Shown: piece by piece, positions 19,637 to 29,034 of the stretch | Layout of the letters: each line of letters opens with the position of its first letter | Numbering within the stretch: the stretch's first letter is position 1 | Assembly: GCA_016861265.1 (NCBI GenBank) | Contig: BOLA01000001.1 | Coordinates: 139,569-203,568, forward strand | DNA length: 64,000 nucleotides | Source: Patescibacteria group bacterium | GTDB lineage: Bacteria > Patescibacteriota > Dojkabacteria > J137 | Reading direction: 5' to 3' | Notes under the pieces: generated by a model | Told to the model about the DNA's origin: nothing | Databases searched by the model: none | The model's input: the letters and a program-made list of their open reading frames with translations, nothing else | Translations under genes and position numbers: made by a program

Positions 19637-19815
19637 TTATAACATCATAATCGCTAGATTATGAATTAAATAGATACAATTCCAATAGTTAAATCCTTAA
19701 ATCTTAAAGTATGGTAAGTGCTAAGAACTTTGCTTTAAGGTTATAACATCATAATCGCTAGATTATGAATTAATTAAGTCAATTCTAATAGTTAAAACCT
19801 TAAACCTTAGAATAT
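19637..19815. repeat. Imperfect direct repeat (two copies of about 75 bp, period 104 bp) upstream of secG
   Basis: ttataacatcataatcgctagattatgaattaa is identical at 19637 and 19741, with further similarity beyond. Confidence 0.9.
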
Positions 19816-19879
19816 ATTAGATACTTAGAACCGATAACAAGCACTATAAAATTTTGATTTCCGGTATAACAATTTAATG

Positions 19880-20281
19880 TTATTTCTTCCTCAAATATTC
19901 CATTAATACCGATAACAAGCTTAGTAGCATTGTTATTAGAACGAGTGCATAGGTCTTATCTTGAATTTCAACTTCTCCTATTAAATCTATCCCTAAATTA
20001 ATACCTTGTCCTGTTAAATTAATAATATTGAAGACAGAAATTTGAAGAAAAAGATATATGAACGTGAGAATTATTGTAATTAGGAGTGTAGAACCTAAAT
20101 TCACAGGTAGTTTAAAAAACTTAAGAACATTATTTGTAAAGGCAGCAATTAGCCCAAATACTAATGCTGCTCCTAGTTCGTCTACAAATACTCCCCCACC
20201 AATTATTATTGATTTACGAACAATTGCCCAGACAAAAAAGAATATCAAAATATTTTGAATTGTTTTCTGAACCTTATTCAT
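19880..20281 (-). CDS. 4-TM membrane protein (phage holin 4_2 / YvlD-like)
   Basis: Four TM; AALVFGLI...VLKFFKLPVN pattern. Confidence 0.6.
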   Translation of the reverse strand: MNKVQKTIQNILIFFFVWAIVRKSIIIGGGVFVDELGAALVFGLIAAFTNNVLKFFKLPVNLGSTLLITIILTFIYLFLQISVFNIINLTGQGINLGIDLIGEVEIQDKTYALVLITMLLSLLSVLMEYLRKK

Positions 20282-20283
20282 TT

Positions 20284-21300
20284 TTACCTAATATACCTTC
20301 TGATAGATAAATAACTGCTCAAAGCACCTATTAAGAACCCTACCAATGATAACCCGATTACTGCTGCAACAAGACCTAAACCAGAAATATCTGGCCATGG
20401 CAACTGATTAAACATTTTATATAAAAATACCGATACGGTAGAAGATTTATTTAATACAAATACTGCAACCAAGAATCCACCTATTAATAGGGATGAAATT
20501 GCAGCTCCAACCAAACCATAGAACCCACCTTCAAGTATGTATGGAGATCTGATAAAGAATAGACTACCTCCCACTAATTGCATAACCCCTATTTCCTCTG
20601 TTTGACTCTGGAGTCTAAATTCTATAGCAAGGAATGTAAAGAAGAAGATTCCTATAAAAAGTATGGCCAGAACAGCTATACCTACTACTCTCAAAAAATA
20701 TAAGACTTGTCTCAATTGATCTAAACTTTGATCATCCACTTTTAGTACAATAGGTTTTTGTGTTGGATCTTTTGAATACTGATATGTGACTTGAGGGAAT
20801 GAAGCAGGATTTTCAGATACTTGTGATGTATTTATAATTTGTAAGTCTTTATTGGCTGCTTCAATATCTGCTTCTAAGTCACTTTTTAGTGCAGCTAATT
20901 CACTCAATGAATATATTTGAATGTCCAAACTTGAAGGCAATGTTTTACTCTCTTTAGTTTTTAAAACAGTATATACTTCTTTTTGAACAACAGCAGTGTA
21001 GTCTGCGTAAAGATTATACGCATCTTCTTCTGTTGTATATGTAATATCTTTAACTTTAGGATTATTAGCCCACTTACTCTGAAGTGCATCAATCACCTCT
21101 TTATCCATCCCCTCCTCAAAGAAAACTAATACATTGCTCTTTGACTCAATATACTGTATGTACACATTAGAAACGTATGCTAAACCTCCAAAAATTGTAG
21201 CTACCAAAAACGCCAAAGTCATAACAGAAATTGAAGCCCATGCAGACCAGCCGCTTCTTGAAATCTGTTTAGCTGTATTTGCAAATATTCTTCCTAACAT
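20284..21300 (-). CDS. ftsX: Cell division permease FtsX
   Basis: N-terminal TM, large extracellular loop, EEIGVMQLVGGS..FIRSPYILEG; follows ftsE. Confidence 0.92.
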   Translation of the reverse strand: MLGRIFANTAKQISRSGWSAWASISVMTLAFLVATIFGGLAYVSNVYIQYIESKSNVLVFFEEGMDKEVIDALQSKWANNPKVKDITYTTEEDAYNLYADYTAVVQKEVYTVLKTKESKTLPSSLDIQIYSLSELAALKSDLEADIEAANKDLQIINTSQVSENPASFPQVTYQYSKDPTQKPIVLKVDDQSLDQLRQVLYFLRVVGIAVLAILFIGIFFFTFLAIEFRLQSQTEEIGVMQLVGGSLFFIRSPYILEGGFYGLVGAAISSLLIGGFLVAVFVLNKSSTVSVFLYKMFNQLPWPDISGLGLVAAVIGLSLVGFLIGALSSYLSIRRYIR

Positions 21301-21320
21301 CTGATTTATCTTAAAATGTA

Positions 21321-22712
21321 TTATTCGTTGTGATTTTCTTCTAGGAATTTTTTAATTTCCTTTGAAATTAAAACCACTTCCTCAGGATCAATCATTAAAT
21401 TATCTGTAAGTCCCTCTGGCCCATCTTCAATTACTTCCTCTACGTATTTGTACCCCGCAGTCTTTAAGTCTTTTATTACTTCTTTTGGTAAGTCTAGCTT
21501 GCTGACCGGAGTCTTCTTTGAATTTTCCACCCACTCCTTGGCCTTCTTATTAGTTATCTTCAGTTTACCGGCAACATGTACTTTCTCATCTTCATCTTCT
21601 TTTTTATCTTTTTCAATACTGCCTGCTAAATTATCGTCACTTTTTAACATTTCAACAAAAAGCTTTGACTGAGTATCTTCGCTGCCATCCTGGTTTACCT
21701 TGCCTTCGTGAGCGATCTCAATTGCTTCTTCTTTAGCCTCCTTAATTCGTTCTTCTTCCTCTTTTAACTCTTGTATGTCTAATTCTTTCTGAATCTTTTT
21801 TTCTGTTTCAAGGTCTTCTTCTTCCTCTTTTGTTATAACGGGAGCCCTCTTTAATCTTGAGAATATTCCCAGTAATTTTTTTGGAGGTTCAATTACTTCT
21901 TCAGGTTTTTCCTCAGATGGAGCTTCGTCTTTAGAGTTAAATTTAACCTTAAATGTTGTCTTAGGATGATCTGTTGAATCCTCTTTTTGTTTATCTGTCT
22001 TTTCAAGTAACTTCTCTTCGTATCCCATGTTTATTTCATCATAGGATCCATCTTTGTCGTCTCTAATTATTCTACCATTTGCCATTTGAATAACCCTTTT
22101 ATTAAGAGCATTAACAATATCTGTACCGTGAGTGGACATTATTACAGTTGTACCCCAATTATTAATTTTTGATAATATCTGAACAATATCCCATGCACTC
22201 GCTGGGTCTAAGTTTCCAGTAGGCTCATCGGCAATTAATATCTTAGGATTATTTGCAATTGCTCTTGCAATCGTTACTCTCTGCTGTTCTCCACCAGACA
22301 ACTGTCTGGGGAATGCCTTCATTCTTCCAGATAAACCTACAATATCTAGAACATAAGGAACTGTCTCTTTAATTTCACTATCCTTTTTACCTGCGGCTTC
22401 CATTGCAAATGCAACATTTTCATAAGCAGTCTTTTCTTGTACAAGCTTATAGTCTTGAAAAATAACACCGATTTCTCTTCTTAGTTTGTAAACACTATCC
22501 CTACTAATCTTTGTAATATCTCTTTCGTTAAATATTATTTTTCCTGTAGAAGGAACTTCGTCTCTAATTAACATTTTAATTATTGTGGTCTTTCCACTAC
22601 CAGAAGGACCAATTAGAAATACAAATTCTCCTTGTTCTACTTTAAAATTAATATCATTAATTGCAAAAATCCTGTTATCGTAAACTTTAGATACGTCTTT
22701 AAATTCAACCAT
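21321..22712 (-). CDS. ftsE: Cell division ATPase FtsE with long C-terminal extension
   Basis: GPSGSGKTT, IGVIFQDYKL, LSGGEQQRV, IADEPTGNLD; about 240 extra C-terminal residues. Confidence 0.93.
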   Translation of the reverse strand: MVEFKDVSKVYDNRIFAINDINFKVEQGEFVFLIGPSGSGKTTIIKMLIRDEVPSTGKIIFNERDITKISRDSVYKLRREIGVIFQDYKLVQEKTAYENVAFAMEAAGKKDSEIKETVPYVLDIVGLSGRMKAFPRQLSGGEQQRVTIARAIANNPKILIADEPTGNLDPASAWDIVQILSKINNWGTTVIMSTHGTDIVNALNKRVIQMANGRIIRDDKDGSYDEINMGYEEKLLEKTDKQKEDSTDHPKTTFKVKFNSKDEAPSEEKPEEVIEPPKKLLGIFSRLKRAPVITKEEEEDLETEKKIQKELDIQELKEEEERIKEAKEEAIEIAHEGKVNQDGSEDTQSKLFVEMLKSDDNLAGSIEKDKKEDEDEKVHVAGKLKITNKKAKEWVENSKKTPVSKLDLPKEVIKDLKTAGYKYVEEVIEDGPEGLTDNLMIDPEEVVLISKEIKKFLEENHNE

Positions 22713-22771
22713 AAAATTATTATAAATTACTGCACTTAACAGTATAAGGTAAATAATCTAAAAGCTCAAAG

Positions 22772-24538
22772 CTAAACTTTTCTTCTAATTAGTTTAATAA
22801 CCAAATAAATAAATATCGAAACCGTGATTATTAATATTACAAAAAATATTGCGATGAGTTTGTAGTCCGGTTCAAATCTAACTTCAATTGAATCATTCAA
22901 TTTGTTAATTCCTAGTTCAGCTTCTACAGTTATTTCTCTAGATAAATTTAATATAAAATCATTTTCTCTTAAGTAATCAATTTTGATTCCAGTTTGCTGT
23001 AGTGGCATAACCGCTTTCGACAGTTGGCCCACTTCTAAATTAGACATTACAGATTCGTTATTTACCTTTAGATTATTGAAAGTTAATAACTTACTTGTTG
23101 GATTAATTATAAAGATTTTTCCGGAATAGAATTCACCAGAATACACATTTGTAGGGAATTCTATTTTAAGTTCTGGTTCAAGAAGGTCTGCATTTGTATT
23201 GTCGCTATGTTCAATAAACGATACTGTTACCACTTCTTCAGACAACAGCCCAAGCATATCGTTGTAGCTTTGGTCAGGATGCCATATTCCCATTCTAAGC
23301 TTATTTATAGATGAGGTTACGATTTGCGGGTAGCCTATAGACTTTTGAGTTGCAAAATCAAAAATCAGATTCTTTCCATCTAATAGAACATTGCACCATA
23401 TAGAAGGATTAACCATTGTAGAGTTACCATTAAGGTTATAACCATATTCTATATTAGCTTTGTATCCTAAGTATTCTGCTGTAGAAACAATAATATAACA
23501 ATACTGCAGCTGGTTTAAATCTTTCTTATTCGAATCCCACACACTTAATAACTCTGGAAGCTTGATCTTTTGTGTATTGAGAGAATAATTCTGAAAAATG
23601 AAATCATTTACAGACTTGAATTTAGAAAAATTATCAGTTCCTTGATTAATATTAGAATAGATTTTCTGCCCGAATACAAAATCTAAATTAAGATCCCAAT
23701 TATAAATTTCTGAATAGTCCTGGTTTGAATTAGCAGAATTAAGCCTTACACTAGCTTCGGAATTTAACAAAGAATTACCGTTAGCAGGTAGAGTTATAAA
23801 TGCAAAATTGTTTTTTTGTTTATCTACCAAAGCATAGTCTGCACTAAAAATTTGAATGTAGTCTACACTCTGGTCCGAGTATTCAGGAATAAGATTAAAA
23901 AGAAAATGATTCTCTGCGTCTTTTCGATTTGTAATTGAAGATCTAAATACTGCATTGAATTCTGGAGATCCCCATAAAAGCTTTATGGGTGCGGTTTGCT
24001 GAAATGAAATTTTAGAAAAATCATCACTAATCCGTTCAAGGTTATATTTAAATTCTGAGGAATAAGAAATACTGCCTAATATTACAGGGTAAGTAATCGA
24101 TACATTTATTGCAGAGTAATTATAATTTGAGGATGGGTATGGAAGATTAAATTCCTTCATTTTATACAATTCTTTTACAGAATTTGATGACGTAAAATTC
24201 AGATTCAAATTTGCCCTTCCCCCGGGCTTGATAACATTAGTTAAGAAATCTATTTGAATTGTACTTTTATCGAATTGGCTATCGAGTATTATGCTTACGG
24301 AATTATTATCTAAAGTCGCATTAGCTGAAGATACCTGATATGGCAAATCTAATGAATAGCCACTTATGAGGGAGGCATCTGAGGTATTTTGAAGATCTAT
24401 AGTTAAGTTCATTTCAGAACTCAAATCGCTACGGATATTTACATCCAGATTGTAACTTGTAACTACATCCGCTTTTAAACTGGTCGAAAATAGGCCAAAA
24501 AATAGAATTGTAGTTAAGATTACAAAAAGGTTCTTCAT
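22772..24538 (-). CDS. Secreted, C-terminally anchored transglutaminase-like domain protein (catalytically degenerate)
   Basis: Signal peptide, C-terminal TM, YLGYKANIEYGY...SIWCNV...FDFAT in the position of the TGase core. Confidence 0.6.
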   Translation of the reverse strand: MKNLFVILTTILFFGLFSTSLKADVVTSYNLDVNIRSDLSSEMNLTIDLQNTSDASLISGYSLDLPYQVSSANATLDNNSVSIILDSQFDKSTIQIDFLTNVIKPGGRANLNLNFTSSNSVKELYKMKEFNLPYPSSNYNYSAINVSITYPVILGSISYSSEFKYNLERISDDFSKISFQQTAPIKLLWGSPEFNAVFRSSITNRKDAENHFLFNLIPEYSDQSVDYIQIFSADYALVDKQKNNFAFITLPANGNSLLNSEASVRLNSANSNQDYSEIYNWDLNLDFVFGQKIYSNINQGTDNFSKFKSVNDFIFQNYSLNTQKIKLPELLSVWDSNKKDLNQLQYCYIIVSTAEYLGYKANIEYGYNLNGNSTMVNPSIWCNVLLDGKNLIFDFATQKSIGYPQIVTSSINKLRMGIWHPDQSYNDMLGLLSEEVVTVSFIEHSDNTNADLLEPELKIEFPTNVYSGEFYSGKIFIINPTSKLLTFNNLKVNNESVMSNLEVGQLSKAVMPLQQTGIKIDYLRENDFILNLSREITVEAELGINKLNDSIEVRFEPDYKLIAIFFVILIITVSIFIYLVIKLIRRKV

Positions 24539-24617
24539 AGTTATCTTATTATACAGGAATGAAAACTTGAGTCTACCTGTATTATTTCTTTACTGTAAAG
24601 CATGTTAGAATTAGCCT

Positions 24618-25427
24618 ATGCATAACTTTAAAAAACAATTTGGACAAAATTTTCTTAAAAATACTAAATACGCACGCATGTTAGTGCAGAATTTAGAACT
24701 AACAGATAAAGATACAGTCATTGAGATTGGTCCCGGAGATGGAGCTGTGACTAGATTACTTCTTGAAAGTGGGGCAAAAGTTATATCTCTAGAAATCGAC
24801 GATGATTTAATTCCAAAACTGCTTAGTCAATTTGGTGGGTTTAACAATTTTACATTAGTACACCAAAGTATATTAGAGGCAAATATCCAAGAATTACTTG
24901 ATAATGCCAATGCTACAGCTACAATAAAAGTTACTGGATCTTTACCCTACAATATATCAAAGAAAATTATTGATATATTTCTGAGGTTTAATACAACTCA
25001 AACTAAATACGTTGTAAAAACATGTGCATTTATTGTACAGGAAGAAGTTGCTAAAGATTATGCTGCCAATTCGCCTAAATCGAGCTTTTTAGCAAATTAT
25101 TCAAGAATATTTGCAAAAGTCAGAAAGCTAGAAAGCATTCCAAGATATATGTTTTTCCCAGAACCAAAGGTTAATGGAGGTATACTCAGGTTTGAAATAA
25201 AGGAATCGATTCCTTCAAACTATATGGATCTAAATAAACTTATTAGAATTGGATTCTCTAACCCAAGAAAGACTCTGCATAATAATGTTAAATCCTCTGG
25301 TAAATACAGCCTTGAGAAGTTGGAACAAATTTATAAGGAACTTGAGCTAAAACCTACAGTAAGGCCAGCCGAGCTTGAATATGAGAAATGGGAAAAACTA
25401 GCAGAACTATTAGAAACTGTGGATTAA
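24618..25427 (+). CDS. rsmA: 16S rRNA m6(2)A dimethyltransferase
   Basis: FGQNFL, IEIGPGDG, GSLPYNIS, VQEEVA, FFPEPKV, RKTL. Confidence 0.96.
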   Translation: MHNFKKQFGQNFLKNTKYARMLVQNLELTDKDTVIEIGPGDGAVTRLLLESGAKVISLEIDDDLIPKLLSQFGGFNNFTLVHQSILEANIQELLDNANATATIKVTGSLPYNISKKIIDIFLRFNTTQTKYVVKTCAFIVQEEVAKDYAANSPKSSFLANYSRIFAKVRKLESIPRYMFFPEPKVNGGILRFEIKESIPSNYMDLNKLIRIGFSNPRKTLHNNVKSSGKYSLEKLEQIYKELELKPTVRPAELEYEKWEKLAELLETVD

Positions 25428-27187
25428 TCCCTAATTCTTAATCCTCCCAAGCTAAATATTGGGTTCAAATACTTTCTAAGTATCTTTAACTCCTCGACCT
25501 TAAAGAATAGGCATACAAGGTAGTAAACCATAAACGACGTAAATACTGTAATTACTGTAAGCAGGAATAAGTTTACAGTTGTAGAACCTCTGTAGGCCAT
25601 ACCCGCAGAAACCGGCAATGCATAAGTAAGTACATTCCATGTTTTATAAATCGCATACATAACTACAAACATTGAAACACCAGCAATTAACTTAGCCCCA
25701 ATTGTTTTTATTAAGACTTTAAGATCCAAATTTACTCTTTTATTAAAGATTATAAATAAGATTATAAATTCTATAGAGTATGCTATGCTCATTCCTAAAG
25801 CAATGCCACCAACTGCTGCATTCGAATTACCTCGTTCAAATAAATTTTGAATATTAAAATTAGTTGAGGTGATTGAGTATTCAGTATTGTGACTGAATAA
25901 GTTGGTAAATATGACTCCCAATCCGACTGTTAAGATTAAACTTATTACAGAAACAATAAGCGGTATAACAGTTTGTCTAGCAGCATAAAAGACCCTATGC
26001 ATAAACCACTTGCCACATATAAATATATGCCCAACTGCGAACCACAAAAGTACCCACGCAATCTGGTAAGTACCTTCAAGATCAAGTCTCGTGTTTGGCA
26101 AAATACCGAACGCTAGTCTAACAACCGCAACTCTAAGAATTAATAATGTAATTACAAATGGAAGTGCTAAAAAGAACATTTCGTTTAGAGTCTTAGTAAC
26201 AATATATTTAACCTTCTCATAGTCTAAATCTTCAAATAGTTCCGTTAATGTTGTAAAAGATGCGTACGCAAATGTTGCGCCAAAAAGACTAGGCACAATC
26301 AGCGAAATAGAATTTGCGTAATTTAAAGACGCTAGACCTCCAATCTGAAAGGCCAGAAAGTCATTAAATGTAAGCGCTATATTCTCACTCATTAATGCAA
26401 GAGTTCTAGGCAGACTTACAAAAAGCATATTCCTTAAATCCTTTATATAGTGAAAACTAATTTTATATCTAAAACCTATATGCCAAAAAAGTGGAAGTTG
26501 AATTACAAGATGTAATACAGAACCGGCTAAAACTCCAATGACAATGGCCCATGGACTGTAATTCATTAATGGGACAAGAATTACTAACCCAAGAATTCTT
26601 CCGATATTAAAGAATAGGGGTGCTAATTGGGGTACTAAAAATCTATTGTAGATATTTAATCCGCTTGAAATTAGCACACTTATTCCAAGTATTATTTGCG
26701 GTATTAGTAGTACCCTCATCATTGCTACAATATCGCTTATATCTGTAGCACTTAATTCTGTCTGACCCGGAATTAAAGTTCGTAGGAATAGTGGGAATAT
26801 TACCTCTCCAAGAATGGCAAGAATTAGCGAAATAATACTGAACAAAAAAATTGCAGATGTAATTACCGAGTTATATGTTTTCAAGAATGTTTCAGTTCCT
26901 TGTTTCTTTTTTATTGCAATAAGGGCTGGAATAATTACAGAACCGATTGCTCCACCGAGTAAGACATTCGTAAGCATGTCAGGGATCGAAGTTGCAAGCA
27001 AAAACTTATTCCAGCCATCGTTAGCTGTACCAAAATAGGAGGCCGCCAATAAACTAAAAAATTGACCAGTTATTTTGGTCAATAAAATGGGTACCATTGT
27101 CAGAAAGGCTGTCTCTAAGATTACGGTCTGTTCTTTACTTAGTATTGAAGTAAAGTTTTTTATTCGATTTTTTAAAAGCTGAGTCAT
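25424..27187 (-). CDS. murJ: Lipid II flippase MurJ/MviN
   Basis: About 14 TM; ASYFG, IPD, APLFFNIG, LNYA, RVFYA. Confidence 0.88.
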   Translation of the reverse strand: MTQLLKNRIKNFTSILSKEQTVILETAFLTMVPILLTKITGQFFSLLAASYFGTANDGWNKFLLATSIPDMLTNVLLGGAIGSVIIPALIAIKKKQGTETFLKTYNSVITSAIFLFSIISLILAILGEVIFPLFLRTLIPGQTELSATDISDIVAMMRVLLIPQIILGISVLISSGLNIYNRFLVPQLAPLFFNIGRILGLVILVPLMNYSPWAIVIGVLAGSVLHLVIQLPLFWHIGFRYKISFHYIKDLRNMLFVSLPRTLALMSENIALTFNDFLAFQIGGLASLNYANSISLIVPSLFGATFAYASFTTLTELFEDLDYEKVKYIVTKTLNEMFFLALPFVITLLILRVAVVRLAFGILPNTRLDLEGTYQIAWVLLWFAVGHIFICGKWFMHRVFYAARQTVIPLIVSVISLILTVGLGVIFTNLFSHNTEYSITSTNFNIQNLFERGNSNAAVGGIALGMSIAYSIEFIILFIIFNKRVNLDLKVLIKTIGAKLIAGVSMFVVMYAIYKTWNVLTYALPVSAGMAYRGSTTVNLFLLTVITVFTSFMVYYLVCLFFKVEELKILRKYLNPIFSLGGLRIRD

Positions 27188-27230
27188 AAATATAAAGTAC
27201 TTGTTGGTGTACTAAGTGTTTTCTATAAAG

Positions 27231-27833
27231 TTATCTAATAGTCCAGGATAGTATACCAATAACTAGGCCAATAACAGTACCTAAGTATAATTGAACCCAG
27301 GTATGCTTATGCAATATCACTCTGGTCCAAAATACCACCGGCATTAAAATTAATGCAAATGCGAAAGCTAAGGAAATCTTATCCGAGACATATAAAATAC
27401 TAAAAGCAAGAACGCTTGCATGCCAACTTGCTTTATCTATATATCTATTTGCTAAATACATAACTCCTGCGTAGATTACCAGAAGAATAGAAATTCTCAA
27501 CCACAAATCCTCATTAAATGTTGAGAACAATATTGTATTAAAAATAAACGAATAGATTCCCACAAGAAGGGGTGTATTTCGTCTTTCTCTTGGTAAATTA
27601 ATAAAGAATTCCCAAGGTTTTTGCTTATGTTTATATTCGGAATATAGGTAGAAAAAAAAGATAGGTAATCCACCTACGCATACAAAGAAAATAAACGGCA
27701 TTGGATTTGCATTAATTTCTTTTAAATGCGCAGCAATAATTGCTAAGGGTAGAATAAAAAAAGGGTTTAACAACCAAGATAATGCTTGAGCAATCGCGGT
27801 TTCCAAATCAAATTCCTTCTTCTTGGCCTTCAT
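27231..27833 (-). CDS. PAP2-like membrane protein
   Basis: Multi-TM; KASWH and WTRVILHKHTWVQ resemble PAP2 C2/C3 motifs. Confidence 0.65.
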   Translation of the reverse strand: MKAKKKEFDLETAIAQALSWLLNPFFILPLAIIAAHLKEINANPMPFIFFVCVGGLPIFFFYLYSEYKHKQKPWEFFINLPRERRNTPLLVGIYSFIFNTILFSTFNEDLWLRISILLVIYAGVMYLANRYIDKASWHASVLAFSILYVSDKISLAFAFALILMPVVFWTRVILHKHTWVQLYLGTVIGLVIGILSWTIR

Positions 27834-27896
27834 AATTTATAAATTAATTTAGTATAGTATATATTTAAATTTAACAAAGTTCACTAAATTAATTAC

Positions 27897-28940
27897 TTAC
27901 TTGCATGCTTGCAAATAGGTTTCCTCTATTACTAAAGAATTATTTAGACTACTACATATTGTATCAACCTTTAATATATCTGCTGACTTAGCAGATACTC
28001 CTAATAATGATTCAAAAAAGCCTAATTCTTTTTCTTGAGTAATAATTTGATAGTCTTCAATATTTAATGTTTCAGCAAAGTCTAAATAGGCATCGTCTAT
28101 ATTCATTATTTTATCTATGAGTTTAAAATCTAATGCCTGCCTATCATCGTATATGTGTGCAGCAATTTGATTTCTGATTGTATCTTCAGAGATACCCCTC
28201 GATGTAGAGATTAGTTTAACAAAGTCATCATAGGCATTATCTACAGATTTCTGTAATATTTGTCTTTCTTCCGTACTTAAATCTCTGTATGGATTACCAA
28301 TGTCCTTGCCCTTACCTGATGTAATATATTCTTCTGTTATGCCGTCAGTTGTCATTACTTCCTGGTTACTTACTACATTTCTATATCTAGTTATTGGACC
28401 AAATATTACTCCAATACTTCCAATTGTAGAACCTGGATCTAGGTAAATTGTATCAGCTGTTGAAATAGCCCAATATCCACCAGATGCTACTAATCCAGAG
28501 CCTACACCTACCACACTTCTACCTGTAGTATCTTTATAATAAGAGATACCGTCCTGAATTGCTTTTGCACCTGTTATAGTTCCTCCAGGACTATTAACAT
28601 ATAATATAATTCCTTTAATAGAATCATCTGTTGAAGCATCTATGAATTGCTGTTTAATGTCGTAACCATAAACCACATCACTTGCTAATAAGGCCGACAA
28701 TGGGTCTGAAGGCCTTTGAGTTAGAATAGCCCCCTCAACTTTAATAAGAAGAATTTTATTCTCACTTTCGGGATTTCCTTTACTATAAGAATATAATGGT
28801 TGCATAAAATCGTACTGGTTACCTGTCCCTAAGTTTTGTAACGAAGCAAACATTAATAATAAACAAGAACATAAGCACATTGCGATTAAGCCGACTAGAA
28901 TTAGTACACCAAAAATACTACCAAAGAAAAAATTCTTCAT
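27897..28940 (-). CDS. sppA: Signal peptide peptidase SppA (S49)
   Basis: VNSPGG, ASGGYW, GSIGV, SGKGKD. Confidence 0.92.
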   Translation of the reverse strand: MKNFFFGSIFGVLILVGLIAMCLCSCLLLMFASLQNLGTGNQYDFMQPLYSYSKGNPESENKILLIKVEGAILTQRPSDPLSALLASDVVYGYDIKQQFIDASTDDSIKGIILYVNSPGGTITGAKAIQDGISYYKDTTGRSVVGVGSGLVASGGYWAISTADTIYLDPGSTIGSIGVIFGPITRYRNVVSNQEVMTTDGITEEYITSGKGKDIGNPYRDLSTEERQILQKSVDNAYDDFVKLISTSRGISEDTIRNQIAAHIYDDRQALDFKLIDKIMNIDDAYLDFAETLNIEDYQIITQEKELGFFESLLGVSAKSADILKVDTICSSLNNSLVIEETYLQACK

Positions 28941-28989
28941 AAAAAAATTAATTAATAAATCTATTAATTTATACTACATTTCAAAAAAA

Positions 28990-29013
28990 AAGGCGAAGCT
29001 GAAAGCTTCGCCT
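28990..29013 (-). terminator. Terminator after pnp
   Basis: aggcgaagc-tgaaa-gcttcgcct followed on the minus strand by a T-run. Confidence 0.85.
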
Positions 29014-29034
29014 TAGAGATTAAATTTAGAATTA

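Noticed and set aside
19637-19815. 33-bp palindromic repeat as a CRISPR array
   Set aside because: Only two copies, similarity extends into the would-be spacer, and no cas genes are present.
19880-20281. Holin-like gene as evidence of a prophage
   Set aside because: It sits in the ftsEX run with no phage genes nearby, and this family is common in chromosomes.
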